From: Mytilus trossulus
Lineage: Eukaryota
DNA length: 64,000 nt
Direction of reading: 5' to 3'
Assembly (NCBI RefSeq): GCF_036588685.1
Contig: NC_086381.1
Span: 34,720,001-34,784,000, forward strand
This document shows positions 49,901-64,000 of this stretch, piece by piece. Under the pieces are notes generated by a model. The model had not been told where the DNA came from, made no database searches, and saw only the letters and a list, made by a program, of their open reading frames with translations. Position 1 is the stretch's first letter. The number at the start of each line of letters is the position of its first letter. The position numbers and the translations under genes are program-made.

Positions 49901-52900
49901 ATATCAACAATAAGATGACACTATGAGCTAAATCTGTGAAGTTATTTAAATCACAATTGTTTAAAAAAGTAAATAATCTATTTTCATATCGTCTGATTTT
50001 TATTTATTTACCTTTGTTGTGTAAGAATCTTTTTCAACCTATCAGATTTTTCTTGTCGTCTATATTTCTCTTCTTCTGTAAATGATTCTTCATCAGATTC
50101 AGGCATATATCTTTCAGGTATCAAAACTTTGTTGGGGAAAGCTAACTGTAATGATTGAAAATTTACTTATTTAATAATGATGTTAAACATATTATAGAAA
50201 GTATATTCCTCTACTTGTGAATAGAAAATAAACTTTCAGCCAATTTTTGTACATGCCATATGTATAAATGAACAATAGATGTAAGTTTTCAGCAAAATAC
50301 TGATCTCAGATTGGTTTAGATGCATATTTGTCAAAATCATAAAATCAAATTTGCTGAAATTTGTTCTTCTTCCTAATAAACAGAAACTAATTCTGCTGAA
50401 ATAAATGAATCTAAAATTCACAATATTACTGGTGTTTGTCAAAGAAAGGATATCCAAAATGTTTTAAAACATTAACACAAAAAATTCTCTTCATGTGTTT
50501 TCATTGTACTAGCAAAATCTATTTAGTGTTGTGTTTATCTTTGCAAAAAAATACTAAGTAAAATGCAGTTTTACTTTTGTACTAGAGTCTTTGATCATGT
50601 GGTGTATTATTATACAGAAAACTGAAATCTATTTATAGTAACTTACAACTTCTCGTTCGAAAGACGTATCATCCATCTGGTCTACTTTTGTGGTAGAACT
50701 CTTCACTATATCAGGGACCATATCTAACTGTTAAAATATTAAAAAGATGTTAATTAATTTATTATTCCATAAATACTTCAGGTCTGTGATGCTCAGACTT
50801 TATTTTTCAGACAAAACTTATTTCTAAAAGTCTAATCTAATTTCCCATCTAATTTGAAAAAAAATAGTCTTTATGTCATCAACAATTTAGTTCCTATGGA
50901 AAAGATTCATTCAAAGGGTGGTAAGTTAAAAAGAAGGTTAACCTTATGGTAAATACCAAATGTGCTATGAACTGATAGATATAAGAAGATGTGGTATGAG
51001 TGCCCGCCAAATGAGACAAATCTCCATCCAAGTCGCAATTTATAAAAGTAAACCATTATAGGTCAAGGTACGGTCTTCAACACAGAACATTGGGTATATT
51101 TCTTGATCAAACTTTACTGCTCAAAAGCAATTCAATAGGGAAAATTAAGGAGGTATAAACAGGAAATTTTATTTTCCAATATTGCACACTCACTGCTGAT
51201 GTCTCTATTTTAGAGGAAAAAAAAGAATTTTCAAAATTTTACAGGCTTGTAAATTTTTGTCTCCTCCTAGAATTTGGAAATGAAAGACAACTTCTCCATA
51301 AAAATATCTCCAATTTTTTTTATGAATAAACTGACCTGTAACTTCCAAGCTTCCTTTTTTTTAAGGAACATTATTATTTAAAAAACACAATAGAGACTTA
51401 ATTTGAAAATAATGTCTTGGATATATGTATTTGTTATACAGCATATAAAGTGTGTATATGTATCATTATTAAATCTTATAATATAAAAGTTATCTGTTGT
51501 ACTATAAATATAAGATTTTTCAGTAATTTTAAATTTCCTAATTGAAATGATATGTGTTCCTAACTCATAAAACGGGTAATTCTGCATGCAAGAAATACAC
51601 AGATGCTTCCAAATACATTCTTTTTTGGGTGAAAAATGTTTTGACAACATTTGCATACAGATTTAGTGTTAAAGTTGTTGATACGACAATGACAAACCAT
51701 TTGTATGTAGATTATTGGTTTATTCTGAGTATACACAGAGAACTTACATGTTATGTTTTGTCTACAAACAAAAATAAACAAAAATATGACTGGAAACACT
51801 CTAAGGATGGAAACTACACCACATTTAAATATAGCATTGAAAGTTCATTACCAGATTATACTTTTTCAAAACATATTGAGAAGTTGTTGGTTACTCTTTG
51901 TCCAGTGGCAATATTATTTCATGTATACTATAAATCAAATATAATAGTTGTGCAATGGGGGTTCATCAGAATCATTGACAAAATATTTGAAATGCCACAG
52001 GTGAAAAAAAAAGTATAATGAATAAGGGCAGAAATTTGCCTTTTTTATGATATGAAACCCTCATATATGTTGTTCGACCAGGGGGTGGGATCCTCCTTAT
52101 TTGAGTCATTGGATTAAGCATCCAAATTTAAATCTGAGGGATACTGTTCTACTGAAAGAATAAACAACATTTTGATGTCTGTCAATTATTGATTGAGATA
52201 TTTCCTGTGAGTCTAAACTTCTCACAACTCAATACATTGCAATAAAACCTGTCAATAAATAACTGACAATAGAAAATGATTCAGTTTAGCTACAAGAAGA
52301 AGAGTACAATTGTAATTTGCTGACTTCTACTCATTTAATGGACTTCCAGTGGTATTTTTAAACAGTGTGTAAATATGACGACTGCCAGTGTTTTAAGTAA
52401 GACATTTTAAAGTATTTAATAATGTAAAGGAAAGAGCAAAAACAACATCTTCAAACCATATACAACAGATCAAATGTTTATAGATACATGTTTCATGTTA
52501 TTTGCTAATCTAACACAAACTTCACACATACTTACACATAGCCATTTACATAGAAATGTATATACATCTTAAATTAAAATAAGTAGTCAGATTTTAAAAT
52601 ATCTAGAAGAACCACATTTGTTCTACAAGCATTCTGGAACCTTTTCTTACATTTTTTGTTTGTTTTTTAGATTGAAAATAATTTAAAAAGTTGCCAATCA
52701 AAAATAAAACAAATTTTATTTTATTCTTAATTTTTGTGAAATCGGAGTTTATATATCGCTTTTTTTTTCTTTGTACACCTATCTGAAATGATCTTGTATC
52801 ATAACACAAACATCAAGATAAATTTGACTTTCAATTCTTCCACCGAAAGCTACAATCATGATTTCAGGTAAGATTTTCCTGTACTTACATTATTATTGGT

Positions 52901-55900
52901 CATGAGGTCTCCCGCTACCGAATGTAACGATGCTGGCTGCAAGAGTGATGTTTCCATCTTCACCGGCTCACTACTAGATATTGTCATATACCTTCCTTTA
53001 GGAGTCCGTTTCACATTGAATAAATTAGTCTTTACCGGAGACCATCCTTTTACAATAGGCTGCGACCTTGAAGGACTCAGGGGTGATGTGGCAGTTTGAG
53101 AATCGTCACTTGGTTGCACTATGACCCTTGTAGCCTTGACAACACCACTGTCATTGAATGATAATCCACTAGAAAAATTAAATGATTTTGATGGCAGTAT
53201 TTCTGCTGATTCAGCAGTCGGTGAAGGGTATGTTCTAACGAATGGTCTAGGAGCTATGAGATGTAAATTTGAATGTCTACGGGAACCTGTGGTCGATGAG
53301 TTATTGCTACTACTTCCACCAAGGTTAACAGAAGACCATGCCTTCGGGGCATTGTTGGCTGGTGGAAGATTTTCATATATAGGTTGATACTCCTGAAAAA
53401 ACAATATTATATGATATGAAGAGTTACCGCAATTTAAATATTAATAAAGTGCTGCGGTTTAGCGCATGATACGCCCATTGCTCTTTTAACTTGTCTTTTA
53501 TGCTTTAAATGAATTTATATGATCAACTAGAAATAGTGTGAGCCCTGTCAAATCCCCCCCCCCCCCCCCCCCAAATAATAAATAAGAATGCACAAAAAAA
53601 TTGGCACTATTAAGGTCAATAGATATAAACAATTTATCAAAGTTGCATAAAATTTTGTGAAAGTGTTAGTTATTGTCCCAAAATAAGAAAATCACCCCTT
53701 TTTTAAGCATAAAAATTCATAACATGGAAATGTAAAATCTGAAATTTATAAAAATTGAAAGGGAGCTTACATCAATAGATATAAACAATTCACCAAAGTT
53801 TCATGGACATTGGTGAAAGCCTTTTTGAGTTATTGTCCGAAGTGTTAAAAATCCCCCTTTTTTTATGAATAAAGCCCCATAAATCCAAAACTTAAAATCT
53901 GAAATTTATAAAAATTGAAAGGGAGCTTACATCAATAGATATAAACAATTCACCAATGTTTCATGGACATTGGTGAAAGCTTTTTTGAGTTATTGTCGGA
54001 AGTGTTGAAAATCCCCCTTTTTTATGAATAAAGCCCCATAAATCCAAAACTTAAAATCTGAAATTAAAAAAAAACGAAAGGGAGCTTTCCTTAATAGATA
54101 TAAAAAAATTCACTTAAGTTTCATGGAAATTAGTGAAAGTGTTTTTGAGTTATTGTCAGAAGTGTTGACGACGGACGGACAACGGTATACCATAATACGT
54201 CCCGTCTAAAAGACGGGTGTATAAAAACCATGAATGTAAAAAGAAACTTTTACATGGAAATTATTAAGTTTCCTATTGACCTCAACCTTGTAACAACAGA
54301 TCACACTTATATTATATAACTAAGCAATTAAAAGAAAAAGACTGTAAATTCAACCATTGATAAACATTTCTATATCATTATTAAGATACATTAGATACTT
54401 ATATACTAATAGTATGTGAGAAGGCCGTTAAAAAGTTTTCAATTTAAGAAATTATACTGTTAGCTACCTGTTTTGGACTCACTGTAGAACTGGCCCAACT
54501 AGGATCTGAAAAGAAATCAATCATGGTTATTTCTAAGCAGTAAATGACAGACTTTAATAAATTCCTTTAAGATAAACTTTTAAAATCTTTAACTAAAAAT
54601 AATGAGCTAACTGATGAAAATAATGCCTTTGGTAGTGCAGTTACCTAGCAATACATTTGGTACAAAAACAAATATTTACATAAAAAAATAACTAGTTAAT
54701 TAAAACCAAAGTCATGTTAAATCTATATTTAAGGTTTTCAATTACTATGGATTCATTATATTATTCCATGTATTCATGGGGAAACCAATTTTTGTGAATT
54801 TCGTGAGTAATGTGAACCACCAATTTGAAGTACAAAATAAGCTTGTACACAGATTTGGGTATTGATACTTATTATTGCTACCTATTCTCAAAGAATACAA
54901 CATGCAACCTGTGCCTCTAAGCAGTGTGCATTCATACATAACGTCAGCATGATTTTGATTCAGACCATGAATACAATAAATGATTGGTACAAAACACAGA
55001 TGGGAAGCACACAGAATGCTGTATTCAATAGCATGCATGGCCATGCAGTTTTTACTTGATGATGATCATTTATGTTTAGAGGTATGTTTAATGCATATTA
55101 AGGATAAGAACCTGAAAATCTGTGTAAATATTAACCCAAATTGAGCTAGACTTATGTGCTGCACTTGATTTCAGTGTGCTAGTTCATAAGGTCAAAGACT
55201 AGCTGGACACATTATTCTGATGTTGAGATAGCCCAACAATCTTTACCCTTACTCATTAAAAGTCTTTGGATTGTCCTATGCCTCAGCAGGGCTTGAACCA
55301 ATGCCCTCACACTAGGGTATTTCACTGCTGCAGTACTTTTCACATGATAAATTCAATAACATTTACTTTGATTTGATTCAAAAACAATTTTGCTATGTCC
55401 TGACTTAAAAAAACTTATGGTGTTTTCTGCATTGCCAAAAGGTATATGATAAATGTTAACCTAAATTCATATGGAAAATTCTACTACTGGCAAAAAATCA
55501 AAGTTATTAAATCTGTAATGCAGAGTTAAACAAGTCAACTTGTTAGTCTATGATTTGTTAACTTAAGGTAACCAATTGCTATTAGTTATGGATAACCTGA
55601 TTTGAGTGCTGCTATCTTAGTTATAGAAAGTTTCTATGATTTGTCAGATACATGTATTAATGATTACAAAGGACAAGTTCTGTATGTGTGTGTTTAACAG
55701 TATACATGGTAATTTGATATGTCATGCATAAAACACCTTAAATTCTATAAATATGTTAACTTAAACAAGACAATATTACACATATAATTACACAAAACAT
55801 TGTTACACATAACTAATATGATTTATAGTCTTCATGACTTCTATATATAACTGTGACATGCAATTAGACAACTGAACATACATGCGCCAACTAAAAACCC

Positions 55901-58900
55901 TCCACATTGTGCATATTAAGTATGTAATATATCATAAACATAAAAAATATTAAACATAAAAAACAATGCATGATGATGGTTTATTAATCAGGAAATATTA
56001 AGGATTTGTTTTTAACCTGATAGATTGTGTATTGACCTTAATATGGTACAACCTAACTAAATTTCTCCGTCAAAATTTCACAATTTGTGTACACATAATA
56101 TATAACTTGGTGATGGAACACACTCAATTTTAAGCAAGACATGCTGAGCACTCTTTAGAGCAATTTTCCTAATGCATGTAGGTTAAAGTTTTGGTTAGCT
56201 TGCTTGCTTTGTTTGCAAAATGTTTGCTCAAGCATTCCAATAACATCATAAAAGTTGAATATCCATATATTTATTGATGGCAGATGTCAATCTTAATTAC
56301 AATGCTTGAACAAACACTTATACAAAAACAACAAGACATTCAACCAAACCTTTAAACTACATGCATTAGGAAAATAGCTGTAACAACAATGTCAAACACA
56401 CACAACAGTCATATACCTTCAGAATCCAATTCATCGATTTCTTTTCTGATTTTTTCCCTTTCTCGTCTTTGTTCACTTTGACGTTTGACATCTCGTACTG
56501 TCAATGTTTTTGGTCTTTCTTTAGGGATAATACCTATTTTCAAAGCAAAATAAAATGTCAATTGGACAGGGCCTTTCCGTACACCTCAAGCAAACAAACC
56601 TGTGTTGAAGAGGACTACAGGAACCTATGTGTCTAAACAAAATTGGTTTAAAATATTGGTCTCTGTGAAAGAAGATGTTTGAAGAATGATTTAGGGGTGT
56701 TATGATTTGATGTCCTCTCAAAGCAGGCTATCACAGACTAAACATCTAACAGATCTAAGCTACTATAGCGAACAGGAGTAACATGACAAACCAATACCAT
56801 ACCTCAATCATTTCAATTGTTGGCTGAAATAATTTCGTTCTTTAAAATTTTCCACATTAAATCTTATTAACCATAATGAAACATAATATAATTTTATTTT
56901 TTAGTTTTGGTCCTTATTTTCTGATTATTTAAGCATGTTCTATAAAAACTTCAAAGAAACAAATGCAACATTATCCGTATTTATTTTTAAAGGTTTTATG
57001 ATCATTATTGTATACTGTAAATTCAGAATGGTTGCCTGCATTTATTATTACTACTTTATGAGGAAGGCGAAAGGGTGATAATAATTTTTAAAAAAAATAG
57101 TGCAAATCAATTAAATAGAAAAAGGAAACCAGGAATGTGTCATACAGACAACAACCAAATCAAAGAGCAGGTAAGTGCAAATTAATACTTTCAAAATAGT
57201 TGCAACTTTCGCAATAATGAAAATATCACAAAACTTTCTAAATGTATCTGAACAAGAAAATATTGCATTCATTTCACATAATTTCTTCTTCTTGGGTATG
57301 GCTTATACAATATATACAATAATAGATCTAAGGGGTCCAATTTGTAAGGATAAATATTAACTGGAATCATACAGCATGTTAAGTCGTTTCTTATAATTAT
57401 TGGGAATAAATGTGATGAATATCTCCTGAAACCTAAGCAAACTCCCTTGGTTTCATATAAAACTGAAAAGTAATATATTTATCTATACTGAATACAATCT
57501 ATCAGATATTTGCAAATTATCACATTTAAGCTTTGTTAAAAATGGTATGTCCCACTACCACAACATATGAGTGAAATGAAATGAATTGTATGGTAGCTAT
57601 TCCATTTTTAATTTAGAGATAATTACAAGACAACAATATATATTATTGTATAGCAATATAATATTTCATATATTATTAATAATTTTATATTAAACTTTTT
57701 ATTATCTTTTACAGACATTTGTATAAAAATCAATTACAATTTCAAGTAAAATGTTGTCTTTTATCTCTAAAAGTGAAAATGGAACAGCTATCATTTAAAT
57801 AAAATTATATATTCTATGACTATTATTACATTTGCTTATACACAATATTTGCAATTCAATATTGTTTCATTACAAAGTTTATTTACAAAAGTCATAAAAT
57901 ACATTTTGACCTTCATCAATCTGACAGTATTTGCATGAATTCTTCTTTTTAAAATCAATCTTATTAAGATCTTATTTATTTTTTAATATTTTTAAGTTTG
58001 AAAGTTATAAAGAAACAAACTTCAATTTCAGCTGTTATTCAATATTTTATGACCATATTTGTTCCAATCTTATCAAACAATTTAACTCAGACACGATTTT
58101 CGCATCTTTTCGAAAGTGAGTGAATTTTTGATCATATAGCGAAAATTAAAAAGAGCTGTCAGTTTTGATGGTCAACTAGGTGGTATTAGAGTAATTCAAC
58201 TTGGCACAAGTTAATCATGAATTTTAAAATACCAAATTTAAATCACTTAAAAAAAACACCATTAGATAACCCATGCCAACAATTACTTGTTAAAATTAGA
58301 AATTACCATAAAATCGTTTAGTATTTTCATCAGCATCACTGATATCCCATGGGCCTTCTTCCTGGTTAAATCCCATTGACTCCAATGGTGCAGATACCTG
58401 TTGAAATAAAGAAATGTTCATTTAATTTAACAATTCTTTAACAAAAAATGTACTGTACTTAATAATTTACCTTCAATTAACATAAAAGAAACAAGAAACA
58501 CAATATGAATTAAAACGCACTGATTTACTGAATAAGAGAGCTTAATAATGCCAAATAATATACAATTTTAGAGTTTCAAAAAATGCATGCAACTATAAAA
58601 TGTTAAATTAACAAATCGTGCAATATCCTCATGGGTAGTACGGTCACTAAAAACCACCCTCATCAACTATAACATTCAAACAAGTATCAATCAAGCTATA
58701 TTCATATGATAGAAACATATCTTATCATTCTAAGTAATGAAATATGTCTCATTTGACATTCTCAATCCCAATTTGATCGAAAAAATGAAATTTAACATAT
58801 AACTAATAATTTTACCTGTGACTCAATAAAATCAACGGCCTTTGGAGAAATAGCTGTTTCAACATTTATATTCATATCATCAGGAACTGAGGTCAGTGAC

Positions 58901-61900
58901 CTTTGAGACAGAATGGCCTTGACCTGTGACAAGTCTTTAGATTCTGTAGTGTCAAGGTCAGTTTCCATGTAAGTACCAGATTTCTCCCTCTTTCTTGGCT
59001 TGTCCAGCTCACCATTGACCAGATTAAGAGCACCACCAGATGACGATCGTTTCAGAGTATTTATAGCCTCAGATAACCTTTGACCTTCTTCTGATAAACC
59101 AGCCATAATGTTCTTCACTTTTGCCAAATCTTTCTCCATTGTCATCTTTTTTCTCATATTTTCATTAACCTTTAGAAAAGAAAAGAAATAAATTCGAAGT
59201 GATTCAATTTCTTTAAAACAACTATTTAAAATTGTTAGTTGAAAACTATCATTATTCATCTTTATCTTCAATAATTAGTTTTGTGTTATAGTAATAATGA
59301 TGTATTATTATATTGTAAACCAAAAGAAGGATAAATAACGATTTTTGGTAATTATTTCATAAAATTTAATAGGATGCGCCTATGTGACCCAGAGAAAATT
59401 ATGTTGAGTTAGACAGAAAACAGTGCTAATGACATTCTAATGAAAAATCCTGGGTCACATTGGTGCAGGCACTTAAAAACTAAAAAATATTGTACAAAAC
59501 ACCTGAAAAGTGAATAATAATTACAGTATTTGAATAATAACAGAAAGTTTACCCCTTCACCTCACCCAGTTGCTAATATTAGTGGTTTTGAAGTTCATCC
59601 CAACAAACTTCAAGCATTTAGGAATATTTTAACATAATAAGTAGCTTTCAAAAACATAATTTGAAAAATGTGAAAATAGGGGGGCTTAAACAGGCCTTGT
59701 CGTACCTTGTCCTTCATTCAGGTTAAAAAGAGCTAAAATCGATAATAAAGGATCCACAAAAAGAAGTTGGTTGAAAGTTTTCCACTTTTTTCATCGATGA
59801 GAAATATTATCAGCTGGTTCAACTCAACATTGAATTTCATAAGACTTACTAGAGAAGGAGCACTCTTACTCCTTGCCAATTCTCCATGAACTTTTGACCT
59901 CAGTAATGCTACTTCATGTTCCACCTTGTTATTTTCAGCTGTTGTTTCTTCTAATTCCTAAAATATATATCATCAAATATTTTTGATTGAAAGAAAATGT
60001 TCTACTTTTCAAATAATCTCCTTTACTTTTTATATTGTATAATTATATTCCCAGTCATTTGAAATATATAACACACTGCAATGTTTTGTCTTGAATTTGT
60101 TTAATAGATATAAGAAGATGTGGTATGAGTGCCAATGAGACAACTCTCCATTCGAGTCACAATTTATATAAGTAAACCATTATAGGTGGAGGTATGGACT
60201 TCAACACTAAGCCTTGGCTTACACCGAAAAAACAGCAAGCACAAATATTTATATTTTTCAAAGTTAGGATGTTTTGATTTATGAGATCAATTAAAAAAGA
60301 TAACAAAGATTTTATTTTTTTTCCTTCTCTCTCAATTTGAATATGATTTAATTTCTTACCTTAGAAGCCTGAGCTAAATGATATAAAACTCTAGATAATT
60401 CTTTCTCTACAGTTCTTTGTTGCTTGATAAGATGATGTAATTCATGAGAACTATCTTGGACCATATCCTGTTGTCTTAACAAGCCTTGTAATGCCTTCTC
60501 TAGTAAATCCTGAAACACACAAGTTCTTCTTTACATATAGATTCATATACAAGATAAAATGCATTTAGTAATATATTTTTTCTTACTTCTAAAAACACAA
60601 ACAATAACATTTGCAAGATACCTTTACTCTTTAAAACTGTTTCTTTTATAAACCATATTTCATATGACTGACTGTTGAACAAATGCTGTAAAACTATATA
60701 TCTTTAACTGGTTTTTTTTTTTACTTCTGAACATTTTCATGAGCGTTACATATTGTTTTCTTAAATTTGGTAAAATACATAATTTCTTAAAATGATTTTG
60801 TTCTGTTCATTTTTAGATTCAAAATATTTTTATAACTGTATTTAAGTTAATGTCAGTTCATATGAATATCAAGTAAGTGCAACAAGGTCAAATCTATATT
60901 TTCTCATGAATTTGATAAAAAAAAAAACTGTTGCATTTACCGTGCACCATTTATCATATAGCATGCTTCCTAGTTATCATTCAATGTTCTACTGTAATAT
61001 AGGATCTTATAACACTGATATGAATGGTATTTGTTTCAGAAGACAATAGTCATACTAACCTTATCCTCTTGAAATGCTGTAACTTTATATGATTGTTCCT
61101 GGAGAAGTCTGTCAAGTTCATACAATCTTTCTAGTTTATCCTGAAATCAAAATGTAAGGTAGATTTAAATTAGTAAAACTAAAATCAAGTGTTTCATTTT
61201 ATTAGCAATTTCAGAATTTGACCAGGTTAAATGTGCTTACGGTAGAATTTGATGAATATATGAGTCGATTCCCTTTTACATATCAAAAACATCTCGTTGC
61301 TTGTTTAATACATTGCCTGTGAAGAGATACACTCCTTCTCCCAAATTTTAATAATTGCATATTAAAAATTTTGACATTTGAAAAAAGTTGCTTTTACCAC
61401 ATATTTGTGAAGAAATGGTTGTAACTTAGTTTTAACCTTATCAGTATTTTGACTTTTTGGCAATTTGACATTGACGAATTAACTACAGCAAATACAATTT
61501 GGAACCCCAATCTATACAACTACAACAGCCATACCTCCAAATCAACCTGGTCCCTTTTCAAATGGTCCACTTCTTCTTTCATATTATGTACAATAGTATC
61601 TTCTTGATGTTTTCTTGAAAACTCAATCATTTTCTTTGGAGGGGACACTTGTTCAGGGGATAATAAATGCTGTAAAGGAAAAATCAAGTTTATCAATGTT
61701 TAGAAAAACTATACATAACATAGCTAAGAATGAAATACTTCTGATAATCAAGTATGTAAGTAAATATGATGATGATGATAAATTGGGTGTTTTAAAACAT
61801 CAAGCGGTAATATTGACACACTTAGACAGATTTTTTTAATGTGCTAACTATAACAGTAACAGTCCCCAGGAAAACTTGTTACCCTTCCAGATAGCAAATA

Positions 61901-62800
61901 CAAGTTTTCAAGTCTTTGGTTTGACACAGACAAGGATCAAACCTTTCAAGTTCAGCACTCAAGGGGGGCATGCAATAATAAAACTATCAAAGTAATTAGA
62001 TTTTATTTAAATATGAAAACTAAAGTTAGAGAAAAGACAACAATTTGGGAAGTACAAGGGAAAAAACTTAGTGTCCATGAAATTCTTTTACTTTCTGTGC
62101 CCTTGTTTTGCTGTTTTATTGACATATACACCACATCACTTTTAGTCATAAAAATATTCCATAAACCTACCTTTCTATATTGTGAGGCTAACATTAAATT
62201 GTCTCCTCCATAAAGACTACCCATGTTAACCATATTATGTACAAGGTTAACGATTGGTCGGTACACCTCTAACTTTTTATCACACTCCTCCCCTTGATAT
62301 TTCATTTCCACATATTCATTATGTTGTCCCTCCAATCTGGGATCTATTGGCTGGTGGGAATCTTGTTGCCTATGAAAAAATATATATATAAGTACTAATT
62401 AATAACAAAATTTATCTCATAAGAGAAATATTTTTGTCTAACTTAAAATGTTTTTCAGCATAGAAAATCATCCTGAGTACTAAAGTGCATACAACAAACA
62501 TTAGAATTTGCATGAATGATTAATGCATTGTTGAAAATGAGACAACAGCAATGATTATTTCTATACCTTAATGTTCATGTCATATGGACACTGGAGAATA
62601 GTCTCACTAGCTATCAATACCAGATTTCCTCAATATATTGTCTCTAACTATTTGCGAGCTACAAATACAACTTACATTTTTCTATATGCAATCTCTGCTG
62701 ATCTTTTCTTTTGTACTTGTTCCCTATAATAATTCCTGACTTTCTCCAGAGCTGTGAATTCTCTCCTCAACTGTATCAACAATAGCACTAATTCATCATG
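46917..62800 (-). CDS. PLEKHA5/6/7: PLEKHA5/6/7-like (kramer-like) protein, C-terminal 790 aa in 15 exons; N-terminal part off the right edge
   Basis: Exons 62800-62676, 62369-62171, 61669-61535, 61140-61060, 60509-60360, 59957-59850, 59169-58816, 58397-58307, 56533-56417, 54505-54468, 53392-52889, 50727-50647, 50145-50012, 49391-49267 and 47047-46917 join in one open frame with GT-AG. Motifs HDELVLLLIQLRR, DADENTKRFYG, PDIVKS, KVLIPERYMPE...LKKIL and QELARQVTKKSR match my recollection of this family. Confidence 0.85.
53443..54227 (-). mobile_element. Helentron-associated (HINE/DINE-1-like) element with an internal ~160-bp tandem array
   Basis: Subterminal inverted motifs ATACGCCC (53469) and GGGTGTAT (54215); hairpin CCCGTC-TAAAA-GACGGG; GGAC microsatellite at 54170; units starting 53734, 53894 and 54053; poly-C tract at ~53554; T-rich insertion site. 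Confidence 0.8.
55140..55335 (-). mobile_element. Old tRNA-derived SINE-like remnant; second copy at ~61800-61990
   Basis: Degenerate match, from memory, to a common molluscan SINE consensus (GTGCTAG...GGACACATTAT.CTGAT...AGTCTTTGG.TTG...G.TCGAACC). Confidence 0.45.
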
Positions 62801-62855
62801 CTGAAAAAAAAGTTAACAGCTATTAATACTTCTATAACTTCTAAATAATAAAGTT

Positions 62856-64000
62856 AACCAGATGCTTCGCAGGGCGTAGCTTTATACGACCGCAGAGGTT
62901 GAACCCTGAACGGTTGGGGCAAGTATGGACACAACATTCAAGCTGGATTCAGCTCTAAATTTGGATTGTGATTAAATAGTTGACACAGCATAGGTTTCTG
63001 ACACAGAATGAATGTGTTCTAATGAACTTAAAATTTTTGTTTTCTCTTAGAGCAATTCACTATGCTGTTCAATATTAATCCTCTCAAAAAAATGTTTGAA
63101 GAAATTTTCTTTTTATTTATGAAATTTCAAATGAGAAAAATTTAACCCAATTTTTTAAATTTTTTAAACACATCCCCCTTTCCCTTATTCCAAAACTAAT
63201 CTCAATTAAAATATTCTAATGGAGTTTGCAACAATAACTACTCATTTAAATACATCATAAAATATTAAGATGTAAAAAAAACTGCTTGTTATCACTGAAT
63301 GGTAAAGATTATTTAAATTTATCAGTTGGTAGTAAAAAGTGAATATACATTGTATATTGTATATAACAAAGATTTAAGTTGATTCTGGACAAAGAAAGAT
63401 AACTCCAATTAAAAAAAAATCTTGCAATAAGATATTTCTTGCCTACTATTTTGGACAAAGAAAGATAACTCTAATTAAAAAAAAATTGCTATTTCACAAT
63501 ATTGTGAAATTAGATATTTCTTGCCATTGCACAATACTGTGCAATTGAAAAGACTTGCTATTCCACAATACTTAATATAATAATTTTAGATCCTGATTTG
63601 GACCAACTTGAAAACTAGGCCCATAATCAAAAATCTAAGTACATGTTTAGATTCAGCATATCAATGAGGCTCAAGAATTTAATTTTTGTTAAAATCAAAC
63701 TTAGTTTAATTTTGGACTCTTTGGACCTTAATGTAGGCCAATTTGAAAACGGGACCAAAAATGAAGAATCTACATACACAGTTAGATTTGGCATATCAAA
63801 GAACCCCATTTATTCAATTTTTGATGAAATCAAAAAGTTTAATTTTGGACCCTGATTTGGGCCAACTTGAAAACTGGGCCAATAATAAAAAATCTAAGTT
63901 AATTTTTAGATTCAGCATATCAAAGAACCCCAAGGATTCAATTTTTGTTAAAATCAAACTCAGTTTAATTTTGGACCCTTTGGACCTTAATGTAGACCAA
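62856..64000 (-). mobile_element. Helentron/HINE-like element with an internal ~259-bp tandem repeat, running off the right edge
   Basis: Terminal hairpin GCTTCGCAGGGCGTAGC next to TTTATACGACCGCA. CCTGATTTGG.CCAACTTGAAAACT recurs at 63592 and 63851, each unit made of two related ~130-bp subunits. Confidence 0.7.

Noticed and set aside
51378-52018. 154-aa and overlapping ORFs inside a PLEKHA intron
   Set aside because: Non-ATG start, composition typical of AT-rich non-coding DNA, no domain or splice support.
52080-52152. Possible extra PLEKHA exon after a CTTTCAG acceptor
   Set aside because: In the required phase 0 it begins with a stop (or reads NSIPQI-stop from the adjacent AG); no convincing donor, and the gene joins cleanly without it.

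Overview
AT-rich eukaryotic genomic DNA with GT-AG spliced genes. The repeat landscape and gene families suggest a bivalve mollusc, probably Mytilus (inference, no search run). Most short ORFs in the track are spurious; real genes appear only after joining exons by hand. Host genes, left to right: (1) first coding exon of a probable ammonium transporter (minus, continues off the left edge); (2) a complete 4-exon CYYR1/Shisa-like single-pass protein (minus); (3) an unrecognised single-pass protein with two in-frame alternative last exons of opposite charge (plus); (4) a B-box/coiled-coil/NHL-like TRIM-type protein coded by one exon (minus); (5) a secreted single-domain SUEL lectin (plus); (6) the last 15 coding exons (790 aa) of a PLEKHA5/6/7-like gene (minus, continues off the right edge). 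The most striking structure is a 10,877-bp Mutator-like element at 13152-24028, with 43-bp TIRs (1 mismatch) and a perfect 9-bp target-site duplication (GTCTTTTTT). It carries a decayed spliced MULE/SWIM transposase and mirror-oriented arrays of a 36-bp unit whose palindromic core copies the inner end of the TIR. It also holds remnants of an apparent second, convergent spliced gene built from a repeated two-microexon module, with the arrays lying in its introns. Other repeats include Helentron/HINE-like elements with internal tandem arrays, a Penelope-like RT fragment split by a nested insertion, old SINE-like copies and a 41-bp minisatellite. No rRNA, tRNA or CRISPR array is supported.
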